A DNA stretch of 41,110 nucleotides from assembly GCA_003557545.1 (NCBI GenBank), contig PWOD01000233.1, positions 1 through 41,110 of the forward strand, given 5' to 3'. A model generated the notes under the pieces. That model was not told the DNA's origin. It was given only the letters and a program-made list of their open reading frames with translations, and made no database searches. Both the position numbers and the translations under genes were made by a program. The stretch comes from a bacterium (GTDB taxonomy: Bacteria > T1Sed10-126). Positions 29,123-38,575 of this stretch are shown in pieces (the first letter of the stretch is position 1; each line of letters begins with the position of its first letter).

Positions 29123-29283
29123 TAAACTATAGCAGTTAGAATTTTTCTACTTATTTAATAGTCTGGCTCCTTTCTGTAAAATTATCTCCTGTCGGGATAG
29201 TTAACAAATAAGCTGTGGTTTTAAAACCGGGTTGCATTACCGGAGAACAGAGCTAAAAGATCTTAGTGGAGGAGAGAACATCT

Positions 29284-30609
29284 GTGACTACTGATTATTA
29301 TCGTAAGCGACGGACACTGGCCGAGGTCCTGGAGATTGAGGGTATCGGAATCCATACAAACTGTCAGACAAAGCTGCGGATTGAACCGGCAGATTCCGGG
29401 GATGGTATCCGTTTTATTCGAACCGATTTAGATGAGCCGGTGGTCTTTATTCCATCTGTTGATAGTGTGTTGGATATACCCCGGGCCACTGTGATATCCA
29501 GTGGAGAACATCAGCTGTACACAGTAGAACATTTACTTGCTGCCTTTTATGGCCTGGGCATTACCGACGCTACTGTTTATGTGGAAGCCCCTGAAATGCC
29601 AGCGTTAAACGGTAGCGCCGGAGGATTTGTTGAGCGTTTGCAAGAGATCGGATTGAAAGAACTGTCCGGCAAACGGCAATTTTATCGAGTTCAAAAACCG
29701 GTTTATGTTGAAAAGGGGGACCAATCGATTGTTGTTCTACCCTCGACTGAGTTTCGTGTTTCCTGTACCATCAGTTTTGACAACAGTTATATTGGCGATC
29801 AGTATATGGATTTTTTATTGACCCCGGAGGGATTCGCCGAACAGATTGCCCCCTGTCGGACCTTTGGCTTTAAAGAGGAGATAGAGGATTTGCTGGATAA
29901 TAATCTGGCCCTGGGTGGAAGTTTAGATAATGCGATAGTGCTTGATCGTGACGGAAATCTGCTGGGCGACAAACCGCAGTTTGAGGATGAGTTCGTTCGC
30001 CATAAAATTCTCGATATAATCGGTGATCTGGCGCTGCTGGGAAGTTTTATCGTGGGACATGTTGTTGCCATAAAAAACAGCCATTTCCTAAATGTGGCGC
30101 TGGCCGAAAAAATTGCTCAAAGAATTAAAAGATCTCCTGCTGAGCTAGCCCGCAACTCCCGTCGTGCGGGTGAGGAGATGATGGAAATAGATAGTATTGT
30201 TAAGGTTCTTCCCCATCGCTATCCATTTCTTTTAATCGATCGTATTCTGTCGATGAATTATGAAGAAGAAAAGGTTGTAGGACTAAAAAATGTAACGGTG
30301 AACGAAGAGTTTTTCCAGGGACATTTCCCTGGTGACCCAATTATGCCCGGTGTCTTAATAGTCGAATCAATAGCACAACTTGGTGCTGCCTGGGTTCTTT
30401 CGCAGCCGGGCAATGAGCAAAAAAATATCTATTTTATGGGGGTTGACAAGGTTAAGTGGCGGCGTCCGGTGCGCCCGGGTGATCAGCTTGTTTTTGAAGT
30501 TACCAGTAAACGTCTGCGCAGCCGTTCAGGCATGATGGAAGGTCGTGCATATGTTGATGGAGAGCTGGCCTCAGAGGGGCTGTTTAAATTTGCCCTGGTT
30601 GATCGCTGA
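29284..30609 (+). CDS. lpxC/fabZ: bifunctional UDP-3-O-acyl-GlcNAc deacetylase / 3-hydroxyacyl-ACP dehydratase (LpxC-FabZ fusion)
   Basis: LpxC part: 'GIGIHT', 'TVEHLLAAFYGLGI' and 'FVRHKILDIIGDLALLG'. FabZ part: 'LPHRYPFLLIDRIL' and 'FFQGHFPGDPIMPGVLIVES'. The ORF opens at GTG 29266. The GTG at 29284 has GGAGGAG 9 nt upstream. Confidence 0.9.
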   Translation: MTTDYYRKRRTLAEVLEIEGIGIHTNCQTKLRIEPADSGDGIRFIRTDLDEPVVFIPSVDSVLDIPRATVISSGEHQLYTVEHLLAAFYGLGITDATVYVEAPEMPALNGSAGGFVERLQEIGLKELSGKRQFYRVQKPVYVEKGDQSIVVLPSTEFRVSCTISFDNSYIGDQYMDFLLTPEGFAEQIAPCRTFGFKEEIEDLLDNNLALGGSLDNAIVLDRDGNLLGDKPQFEDEFVRHKILDIIGDLALLGSFIVGHVVAIKNSHFLNVALAEKIAQRIKRSPAELARNSRRAGEEMMEIDSIVKVLPHRYPFLLIDRILSMNYEEEKVVGLKNVTVNEEFFQGHFPGDPIMPGVLIVESIAQLGAAWVLSQPGNEQKNIYFMGVDKVKWRRPVRPGDQLVFEVTSKRLRSRSGMMEGRAYVDGELASEGLFKFALVDR

Positions 30610-30778
30610 TAAGCTCTGGACCTCTTATTAAGAAATTTCATTCGGGTGAAAACCCATGTAATCGGTGATAGATAAAGGTTTGTTTGTTGCTCTACCAGGA
30701 TTTTGATCTGTGTAGTATTGTTAGTTTTAGCTCCGGGGGTTGTTCCGGACAAATTTTTGAGTAAACGAGGCGATTTTG

Positions 30779-31552
30779 ATGGGTATGATTGATGACACAG
30801 CAATAATTTATGAAGGGGCGGAGCTGGCGGAAGATGTTGTGGTTGGACCACAGTCTATCATTTCATCCGAGGCCCGTATCGCTTCCGGTACTGAGATAGG
30901 AGCAAGAGTTTTAATTGAGGGCAAGGTGGAAATCGGGAAAAACAATAAGATTCTCACCGGCGCTGTGATAGGAACTTCCCCCCAGGACTGGTCCTATGAG
31001 GGGAATGATTCCGGGGTGAAGATCGGTGATCAAAATATCCTGCGGGAATATATCACGATCAATCGTGCTACTGAATCGGGTGGCTATACGCAGTTAGGGG
31101 ATAATAATATGATTATGACTTATTCCCACATAGCACATGATTGTGTGGTTGGAAACAACAACGCCCTGGCCAACGGAGTTACCCTGGCCGGTCATGTTGA
31201 GGTTCATGATCATATTATGATGGGTGGATTGACACCTGTGCATCAGTTTGTTCGTATTGGCTCTTACGCGATGGTGGGCGGTTTAAGTCGTCTTAATAAG
31301 GATGTTCCACCTTATATTCGTATCTCTGGTAACCCGGCCCGTGTCTATGATTTAAACAGTATTGGTTTGCGTCGTCATGGTGTTCCCGAGGCCGAGAGAA
31401 AGCTGCTGAAACGGGCGGTCAGGATCCTTTTTTATTCTGACCTGAATACCACGCACGCCCTTGAAAAGATTGAGGATGAGGTTGAAAGCTGTAAACATCT
31501 TGATCGATTGATTGAGTTCGTCAGATCTTCTGAAAGAGGAATTCATAAATGA
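30779..31552 (+). CDS. lpxA: acyl-ACP--UDP-N-acetylglucosamine O-acyltransferase
   Basis: Hexapeptide repeats, 'MTYSHIAHDCVVGNNNALANGVTLAGHV' and a helical C-terminal domain. The ATG at 30779 follows the TTG of the track start. Confidence 0.9.
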   Translation: MGMIDDTAIIYEGAELAEDVVVGPQSIISSEARIASGTEIGARVLIEGKVEIGKNNKILTGAVIGTSPQDWSYEGNDSGVKIGDQNILREYITINRATESGGYTQLGDNNMIMTYSHIAHDCVVGNNNALANGVTLAGHVEVHDHIMMGGLTPVHQFVRIGSYAMVGGLSRLNKDVPPYIRISGNPARVYDLNSIGLRRHGVPEAERKLLKRAVRILFYSDLNTTHALEKIEDEVESCKHLDRLIEFVRSSERGIHK

Positions 31553-32418
31553 ACTCCAGTCAGCCTGTGGCAATTTTAGCTGGAACAGGAGAATTGCCGG
31601 TTATGGTGGCGGAAAAACTAAAATCTCAGGATCGACCGGTTTTTCTCTATAGATTTAGCCGGGATGAACAGGTAGATTTTACCGGGTTGGTTGATAGTGA
31701 TACCGATATCGATCCTACCCGCTTTAGTTTTGTTCCGGAAAAATTAAAACAGGATGGCGTGAAAGAGGTTATTCTGGTTGGTGATGTGGACAAAAAACAG
31801 ATATTTGACAGCCAGGCCCATGAAAAGGCAGATCCCGGTGTCCGTAATAAACTTGCGGATCTGACAGCCAAGGGAGACGATGCATTGATTCGGCTGGCCT
31901 GCAAAATGCTTGAAAGACGTGGCTTGCGGGTGGTCGGGGTTGATGAAATATTATCAGAAAAACTTACTCCTGAAGGGTTGATTGTCGGTGATCCCCCTGA
32001 TTCAGATGACATGGCGACAGTTGAACTGTTATCAGCGCTGGCTATAAAACTGGCTGATGAAGAGGTGGGTCAGGTCGTCACCGGTAAGCAACAGGCGGTA
32101 ATTGCGGTTGAAGGGGTTGAAGGTACCTCTGAACTTATTCGACGGAGTAGAGAGCTTGCCGGGTCAGATTTTGTTATGTTAAAAATAGCTAGATCATCAC
32201 AGGATTATCGACATGATGTTCCGGTGGTTGGCGAAGAGACAGTTAGATTGCTGGCTGAAGCTGGTGCATCCCTGTTGGCCCTGGAAGCTAATGTAACACT
32301 GTTTTTGCAGCAGGAAAAATCTAAAGAGCTGGCCCGTGAGGCCGGTCTGACAATTATCGGCTGGACCCGTCCGCCGTTCTATTCATGGAGAGGATTTAAG
32401 CAATGGTTGATCGGATAA
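31549..32418 (+). CDS. lpxI: UDP-2,3-diacylglucosamine diphosphatase LpxI (DUF1009 family)
   Basis: 'VAILAGTGELPVMVA', 'KGDDALIR', 'VEGVEGTSELIRR' and 'DVPVVGEETV' match LpxI as recalled from Caulobacter. The ATG overlaps the lpxA TGA. Confidence 0.75.
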   Translation: MNSSQPVAILAGTGELPVMVAEKLKSQDRPVFLYRFSRDEQVDFTGLVDSDTDIDPTRFSFVPEKLKQDGVKEVILVGDVDKKQIFDSQAHEKADPGVRNKLADLTAKGDDALIRLACKMLERRGLRVVGVDEILSEKLTPEGLIVGDPPDSDDMATVELLSALAIKLADEEVGQVVTGKQQAVIAVEGVEGTSELIRRSRELAGSDFVMLKIARSSQDYRHDVPVVGEETVRLLAEAGASLLALEANVTLFLQQEKSKELAREAGLTIIGWTRPPFYSWRGFKQWLIG

Positions 32419-33095
32419 TTTTTGATCTGGATGACACTTTAATAAGTTCCGGTAAATATTATAATCGCCAGTTGGACCAGTTTGCCCGGTTTGTGCAGCA
32501 AAATTTTCCTGAGGCTGGAACCCGGCGGCAAATTCTCGCCCGTTATGATCTGATCGACCAGTCAGTTATAGCTGAAATAGGGCTGGAAAAAGAGCATTTT
32601 CCTCGCTCAATGGAGAAAACCTGGCATTATTTTTGTAGTCAATTTGACCGGCCGGTAGAATCTGATGAACTGACCCGCTGCCGGCAGATTGGTGAGGCGG
32701 TTTACCGGGTAGTCCCGGAGCCATTGCCTGGAATGGAGGAAGTCCTCGAGCGCCTGGCGGCGGATCATGAGCTAATTCTTTATACTATGGGTGACCCCGG
32801 GGTTCAACTGCAGAAGATTCGTTATCATAGGTTGGACCGTTGGTTTGAAGAGTTTCATATATTTCCCTGGAAAGATCGGCATACTTTGCAAAAACTGCTT
32901 GGCCTGTTCCCTGCCGAACGGACTGCCATAGTTGGTGACTCGTTACGGGGTGAGATTAAACCGGGCCTGGAGCTGGGTTTGAAATCTGTTCATCTGCGGT
33001 CAGATTTTCCCTGGACTTATCATGAGATAACAATTGATCAATATTATCCGGTGGTTGATTCCCTCCCTGAAATACTCGCCGAGCTGGTTCCCTAA
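32403..33095 (+). CDS. HAD-superfamily hydrolase (phosphatase-like), substrate unknown
   Basis: Motif I 'IIFDLDDTLI' and C-terminal 'IVGDSLRGEIKPGLELG'. Overlaps the lpxI end by 16 nt. Confidence 0.7.
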   Translation: MVDRIIFDLDDTLISSGKYYNRQLDQFARFVQQNFPEAGTRRQILARYDLIDQSVIAEIGLEKEHFPRSMEKTWHYFCSQFDRPVESDELTRCRQIGEAVYRVVPEPLPGMEEVLERLAADHELILYTMGDPGVQLQKIRYHRLDRWFEEFHIFPWKDRHTLQKLLGLFPAERTAIVGDSLRGEIKPGLELGLKSVHLRSDFPWTYHEITIDQYYPVVDSLPEILAELVP

Positions 33096-33239
33096 ACCAC
33101 TGCAAGTTCTCTTTGAATCGTTTTATGGGACCACTCGTATCTGACAGCATCTTTTAAAGCCGGTTATTCTTACCTGTAAAGAGCTTCTCCACAAATCGTT
33201 TTGGTTCTCTCCTGGTCGATCCGGGTTGCTTTATAGAAC

Positions 33240-33268
33240 TGTTAAAAGATTGAAAAACTTGCTATAAT
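33240..33268 (+). promoter_or_regulatory. candidate extended -10 promoter upstream of ctpA
   Basis: TGcTATAAT at 33260-33268 is an extended -10 element. The -35 (TGTTAA, 33240-33245) is poor. It lies about 115 nt upstream of the ctpA ATG. Confidence 0.4.
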
Positions 33269-33381
33269 ACTATCATATTTAAGCCTGTTATCTTTAATTT
33301 AAAGCTGCCAGAGGGTTGACTTCTGTTGGCTAAACTGGCTTTTTGTTATCAGCTTAACATAATTCCCATGGGGGTTTTAAA

Positions 33382-35145
33382 ATGTTTCGCACAAAGAATT
33401 TAGTTCTTACTTCAGTAGTTTTTTTAGTTGGATTACTGATCGGTCTGCTGGTTGTGGGGCAGATCGATCTGCTGGCTCGCTCCAATGGTCAGTTGAATCG
33501 CTATTTGAGGTTATTTGAAGATACCTACAATCATACTTTTGATTTTTATTTTGATGAGGATAGTCTTGAACCGGAGCTGGTTTTGACCGGGGCTATTGAG
33601 GGGGTAAAAGAACAGCTTATAGAGGAGGGTACTCCGACCGATTTTTTAGCTGATCCCGCTCGGCTTGAGCATGATTTGAAATCAACTGGCGACGGATTTG
33701 TGGTTTATCTTCTGCGCTCTGAAGATACTTTTTTGCTAACCCCGCCTCTTAGTGGGTTTTCACTACCTGATCCACCCTCGGCACCGTTTTCTGATGGTTT
33801 GATCGATAAACAGTATATTGCTGGTTTTTCTGGTGATCCTGTGGAAATAATCAGGCAGCTTATTCCGCATCTGGTTGAAGATTATCAGATAGATGGTCAA
33901 CAACTGGTCTATGCAGCCATTCATGGTATGCTGGCTGAACTTGGTGACCCTCACACTCAGCTGTTAGAACCAGAAAGTTACCAGCAGATGCAGACCTCGA
34001 CGGAACAACAGTTTGGTGGTCTGGGAATTCATATAACAATGGAGGATGAAAGGTTGATAATTATTGCTCCAATGGCCGGCACCCCGGCTTTTGAGGCCAA
34101 CCTTATGCCCGGTGATATTATTGCAAAAATCGATGGTAAACCCGCTTCTGAGCTGAACAATGTTCAGGAAGCGGTTGATATATTGCGTGGGGAACCGGGA
34201 AGTGAAGTTACTTTGAAAATTGACCGAGGGAGAGATGATAGTTTCGAGGTGACTCTTGAGCGAGATATAATTTCAGTTAAAAGTGTATTGTATGATAGTT
34301 TTGATATCGAGAACCGTAATATTGGTCTGGTGAAGATAAATAATTTTGGAGAGAAGACCTTTTCTGAAGTTAAAAATGCTCTCGAAGAGCTTCATAAACA
34401 GGATATGGAAGGTTTGATACTTGACCTTAGAAATAATCCTGGTGGAATTTTGCTGGCGGCTAATCAGGTGGCTGATATTTGGTTGGATGAAGGTCAGAAA
34501 ATAGTTTATACCGAGGGACGTATCAGTCAGCATAATATGCATGTCTGGGCTCGGGCTGAGGGGACTGAAGACAATTATCCTATGCTGGTGATGATTAATG
34601 GCGGTTCGGCCAGCGGGTCTGAAATTGTTACCGGTGCTCTGCAGGATCAAAAACGTGCTCTGGTTGCTGGTGATACTTCTTTTGGCAAAGCCAGCGTTCA
34701 ATCAGTTTTTCCTCTACCAGAAGAAGCAGCTTTAAAAATTACCACCGCCAGTTATTTTACCCCCTCAGGGCATGAAATTCAGGATCGTGGTATTGCCCCC
34801 CAAATTCCGGTGGAACAGGATATTCCTGATACTACGGTACGTGAGGAGATAAGGGCCTTACAGCTGGGTGATACTATTATTGAGTTCGTCCGTGAGACTC
34901 CCCAGCCGTCCGATACAGAGATTAAACAGCTGATTGAACAGCTGCGTCAGGCCGGCTTTACCTTGCCTGATAAATATATCAGACAACAGATCAGAAATCA
35001 GCAATATGCGATTCGGGGTGAACGACTGGTGGCTGACCTGGCTACCGATCCTCAGCTTAGCCGAACACTTGAACTGTTTGTTCGGGTATTGGATGTAGAA
35101 CCCTGGGATGTTGACGCAGCACTTGAGTCGCTTGATAACTCCTGA
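33382..35145 (+). CDS. ctpA: carboxyl-terminal processing (S41) peptidase with PDZ domain, extended N- and C-termini
   Basis: N-terminal TM anchor, PDZ 'PGDIIAKIDG', the catalytic Ser region 'GGSASGSEIVTGALQD' and the Lys region 'TFGKASVQS'. Confidence 0.85.
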   Translation: MFRTKNLVLTSVVFLVGLLIGLLVVGQIDLLARSNGQLNRYLRLFEDTYNHTFDFYFDEDSLEPELVLTGAIEGVKEQLIEEGTPTDFLADPARLEHDLKSTGDGFVVYLLRSEDTFLLTPPLSGFSLPDPPSAPFSDGLIDKQYIAGFSGDPVEIIRQLIPHLVEDYQIDGQQLVYAAIHGMLAELGDPHTQLLEPESYQQMQTSTEQQFGGLGIHITMEDERLIIIAPMAGTPAFEANLMPGDIIAKIDGKPASELNNVQEAVDILRGEPGSEVTLKIDRGRDDSFEVTLERDIISVKSVLYDSFDIENRNIGLVKINNFGEKTFSEVKNALEELHKQDMEGLILDLRNNPGGILLAANQVADIWLDEGQKIVYTEGRISQHNMHVWARAEGTEDNYPMLVMINGGSASGSEIVTGALQDQKRALVAGDTSFGKASVQSVFPLPEEAALKITTASYFTPSGHEIQDRGIAPQIPVEQDIPDTTVREEIRALQLGDTIIEFVRETPQPSDTEIKQLIEQLRQAGFTLPDKYIRQQIRNQQYAIRGERLVADLATDPQLSRTLELFVRVLDVEPWDVDAALESLDNS

Positions 35146-36056
35146 TGAAAAAGTTTCTGTTTTTCTTGCTATTGTTGATGACAATAGCAATCTTAATCGG
35201 AGCAACACTGGCTTTTTTAAAGCGTCCTGGACTGGTTGAAGATTATGCCGATAGATATCGGTTGGAAATTAAACATGAGCTTGATAAGATAAGCGGTTCT
35301 CTGGTGGCAGGGCTTGATTTTAAAGCCGCTCAGCCACGGGGTAAAATCGCCATTGTAATTGATGATCTTGGTTGGGATTTACGAACTATACGGCTCTATG
35401 AAGCGACGGGAATCCCCCTCACAATGGCTGTTTTACCGAGACGCCCTCGCAGCCAGTATCATTATCAGCTGTGGAAGGATAACTACGAGTTTATTATTCA
35501 TATGCCGATGGAGCCGCTGGGATTTCCGGATGATGATCCCGGGGAGTATGCTCTGTTGGAAAGCCATAGTCCAGAAGAAATCCAGCGTAAAGTAACTGAG
35601 CTGGTTGGGCTTTATCCGCGGGTTGTAGGAATGAACAATCATATGGGATCGGCTTTTGTTCGCAGTCGGCCGGGGATGGGGAGCTTGATGGAGCTGCTGA
35701 GGAAGCACCGATTATTTTATCTTGATAGTCGGACCAGTCCGGCCTCCGTTGCTCTAGAAATGGCCGGCCAGCACGCCGTTTCAGTTCAGGAAAGCAACGT
35801 ATTTCTTGATGGATTGACCGATCAGCAGCATATTGAAAATCAGTTTCACAGGTTAATGCGGGTAGCTGAGGCGCGGGGTGAGGCGATTGCCATCGGCCAT
35901 ATTCAGACAGCTAACACTGCCCGTGTAATTGGCCGGCTGGCCCCGGAGTATCTGGAACAGAGTTTTGAATTCGTTAACTTGAGTGAATTGATGGATCTTG
36001 CTCCATTAAGACAGAGTTTGTTTACTGAAATAGATTTGCTGGTTGATTCCAGGTAG
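35145..36056 (+). CDS. divergent polysaccharide deacetylase family protein (YibQ-like)
   Basis: N-terminal TM, 'IAIVIDDLGWD', 'HMPMEP' and 'NNHMGS'. The ATG overlaps the ctpA TGA. Stop is TAG. Confidence 0.7.
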   Translation: MKKFLFFLLLLMTIAILIGATLAFLKRPGLVEDYADRYRLEIKHELDKISGSLVAGLDFKAAQPRGKIAIVIDDLGWDLRTIRLYEATGIPLTMAVLPRRPRSQYHYQLWKDNYEFIIHMPMEPLGFPDDDPGEYALLESHSPEEIQRKVTELVGLYPRVVGMNNHMGSAFVRSRPGMGSLMELLRKHRLFYLDSRTSPASVALEMAGQHAVSVQESNVFLDGLTDQQHIENQFHRLMRVAEARGEAIAIGHIQTANTARVIGRLAPEYLEQSFEFVNLSELMDLAPLRQSLFTEIDLLVDSR

Positions 36057-36106
36057 TTTGTTCGTATTAAGCGAGTAGTCTGTGATGGAAATTTTATAAG
36101 ATTGGA

Positions 36107-36952
36107 ATGATACAACAGATGAAATTAGAGGAACTTAAACTTTTAACCTATGATATCAGGAGCGACATTGTGGAGATGATCGGTCGTGCTGAAAGTGGCC
36201 ATCCGGGGAGTTCTTTATCGATGGTTGAGCTGGTAACAGCCCTGTTTTTTGAAATTATGGAGTTGCGGCCTGATGAACCTGACTGGCCCGAACGTGATCG
36301 ATTTGTTCTGAGTAAAGGACACGGTGTTCCAGCTCTTTATTCTGTTCTGGCTCGGGCCGGTTATTTCCCGCTTGATAAGCTGAGAGAACTACGGAGGTTG
36401 GGGAGTCCTCTGCAGGGTCATCCCGATTATTCCCGGCTCCCGGCTGTGGAGGCTTCCACTGGATCACTCGGGCAGGGTCTTTCGATTTCAGCAGGAATTG
36501 CCTTATCTGCCTGTCATCTCGATAAGAATTTTCATAGTTTTTGTCTGCTGGGTGATGGGGAATTAAATGAAGGACAGGTCTGGGAAGCTGCAGCTTTCGC
36601 TGCCCATCATAAGCTGTCAAATTTAACCGCCATAGTTGATTATAATAAGTTTCAACTGGACGGTCCGGTCGATGAAATTATGCAGATGGAACCGATGGTT
36701 GATAAGTGGCAAGCTTTCGGCTGGGAGGTTCAGGAGGTCGATGGCCATGATCTGGAGCAGGTTGTAGAAGCGCTTCACTGGACAAAAGATTCTGATCATC
36801 TACCACGCTGTCTAATAGCCCATACAATTAAAGGCAAGGGAGTTTCCTTCATGGAAAATAATAATAAGTTTCACGGTAAGGCTCCGGATCAACAGGAGCT
36901 GGCGGATGCTCTGGCGGAGTTACGGAAAGCTCGTCAGGAGGTGGCAGGATGA
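36107..36952 (+). CDS. transketolase, N-terminal (TPP-binding) subunit
   Basis: 'GHPGSSLS', 'SKGHGVPALY' and 'LGDGELNEGQVWEAA'. Confidence 0.9.
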   Translation: MIQQMKLEELKLLTYDIRSDIVEMIGRAESGHPGSSLSMVELVTALFFEIMELRPDEPDWPERDRFVLSKGHGVPALYSVLARAGYFPLDKLRELRRLGSPLQGHPDYSRLPAVEASTGSLGQGLSISAGIALSACHLDKNFHSFCLLGDGELNEGQVWEAAAFAAHHKLSNLTAIVDYNKFQLDGPVDEIMQMEPMVDKWQAFGWEVQEVDGHDLEQVVEALHWTKDSDHLPRCLIAHTIKGKGVSFMENNNKFHGKAPDQQELADALAELRKARQEVAG

Positions 36953-37887
36953 AATTTGAAATAGGACTTGCCACACGGGATGCTTACGGGGAGGCACTAC
37001 GTGATCTGGGGGATGAATATTCAGATATAGTTGTTCTTGATGGAGATCTTTCGCAATCTACAAAGACCTATATGTTTGCCGAAAAGTTTCCTGAGCGGTT
37101 TTATAACGTCGGAATTCAGGAGGCTAATATGGTTGGTCTGGCGGCCGGTCTGGCATCCAGTGGTTTGACTCCTTTTGTCAGCAGTTTTGCCTGTTTCTTA
37201 ACTAACCGGGCTTATGACCAGATGCGTGTATCAGTCGTTTATCCACGACTTAATGTGAAATTTGTTGCTTCCCATGGAGGAATTAGTGGGGGGGAGGATG
37301 GGGCTACTCAGCAGAGTATAGAAGATCTGGCTTTAATGGCATCCTTGCCAGAAATGGTTGTTTGTGTCCCGGCTGATGAGCATGCCACCAGGGCTTTAAC
37401 CCCTCAGTTAATGGAGTGGGAGAGTTCCTGTTATCTGCGGACCGGACGACCTCGTGCACCGATAGTTTATCAACCTGGTGTTGATTTAAAAATCGGCCGG
37501 GCTGAGGTTCTGCGTGAAGGTACAGACCTGACTATTATTACCTGTGGTTTGCTTGTTGCAGAGGCGCTGGAAGCAGCAGAAGCACTGGCTGCAGAATCTT
37601 TCTCGGTAGAGGTTGTGGACTGTCACACCATGAAACCACTGGACAAAAAAACAATTCTTCAATCGGCTCAAAAGACAGGTGCTGTGGTTGTAGCCGAGGA
37701 ACATCAGGTCTGGGGGGGACTGGGTAGTGCTATTGCGCTATTGTTGGGTGAAAATTTTCCTGTGCCTTTTAAACTGATTGGCATCGAGGATACCTATGCA
37801 GAATCGGGAACTGGAGAACAGCTGCTGGATGTCTATGGGTTAACTTCCCCTTACATAGCAGAGGCAGCCCGGGGGTTACTTTCCTGA
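36949..37887 (+). CDS. transketolase, C-terminal (pyrimidine-binding) subunit
   Basis: 'FYNVGIQEANMVGLAAGLA' and 'SHGGISGGEDGATQQSIEDLA'. The start overlaps the upstream TGA by 4 nt. Confidence 0.9.
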   Translation: MKFEIGLATRDAYGEALRDLGDEYSDIVVLDGDLSQSTKTYMFAEKFPERFYNVGIQEANMVGLAAGLASSGLTPFVSSFACFLTNRAYDQMRVSVVYPRLNVKFVASHGGISGGEDGATQQSIEDLALMASLPEMVVCVPADEHATRALTPQLMEWESSCYLRTGRPRAPIVYQPGVDLKIGRAEVLREGTDLTIITCGLLVAEALEAAEALAAESFSVEVVDCHTMKPLDKKTILQSAQKTGAVVVAEEHQVWGGLGSAIALLLGENFPVPFKLIGIEDTYAESGTGEQLLDVYGLTSPYIAEAARGLLS

Positions 37888-38065
37888 GGTCTGCTGAAGT
37901 TGTGGCGGAGGATGATCACTAATAAATAGGTTTGTCGCAAAAGCAGTTAATCTTTGTAGGCCATCTCAGCTTCCACCGGTTCAATTTGATTTTGAAATTA
38001 TTTCAGGAAAATGGCTTAATTTTGTTGTTCCTCCTGATAGTTCTGAAAATCAGCTGCTGCAACTG

Positions 38066-38575
38066 GTGAGCCGGGTTGTGGCGGGATTTCACAGACCTGA
38101 TTCCGGACAGCTATTCTATAACGGTTCAAATATCTGGTCCCGCACTTTTAACTTTCGTTCACTGGTCAGGTATCTTTCTACCGATCTGGAGCTTCTGCCC
38201 CGTTTTACTGTTGACCAGAACCTTAAATTTTTCAGTGATCTTTTTGGCCTCCAGGGAACTCTGCCGAAAACTGTGCTTGACTCTATTGATCTTGATTCTC
38301 CTGTTAACTGGTTAACTCAGAATGAACAGCTGCGATTAAAACTGGCTATTTTTCTTATGCATGATCGACCTCTTGCTGTTTGGGCATATCCATTATCCTG
38401 GCTTAACAGCTTTCATCGTGAACTTTGTCTTACTGAGCTGACTAAGTTGCTTGAAACGGATAAACTGCTGGTGAGTTTTGATACCTGCCCCCTGGAAATA
38501 GCTGACAGACAGGTTTCTTTAGAGATTTCGGAAAGTTCTGGAGAAGCTTCCGCGACAGGTCGGTGTAAAAGGTGA
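38066..38575 (+). CDS. degenerate ABC-ATPase-like protein (CcmA-like), catalytic motifs lost; possible pseudogene or non-catalytic subunit
   Basis: The frame is open, and still ABC-like, from 37916 ('...VQFDFEIISGKWLNFVVPPDSSENQLLQLV...'). There is no ATG, GTG or TTG before the GTG at 38066. Walker A, signature and Walker B positions read PPDSSENQ, LTQNEQ and LAVWAYP. The stop overlaps the next gene's GTG. Confidence 0.5.
   Translation: MSRVVAGFHRPDSGQLFYNGSNIWSRTFNFRSLVRYLSTDLELLPRFTVDQNLKFFSDLFGLQGTLPKTVLDSIDLDSPVNWLTQNEQLRLKLAIFLMHDRPLAVWAYPLSWLNSFHRELCLTELTKLLETDKLLVSFDTCPLEIADRQVSLEISESSGEASATGRCKR

Noticed and set aside
37907-37930. Possible +1 frameshift entry into the CcmA-like frame. 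GGAGG-ATG at 37907-37914 opens a 5-codon ORF ending AAA TAG, and a +1 slip there would join the open CcmA-like frame.
   Set aside because: The SD-like element abuts the ATG with no spacer. The slippery context is not a known one. Nothing beyond frame arithmetic supports it, so it is kept only as a note under the Ccm-like finding.
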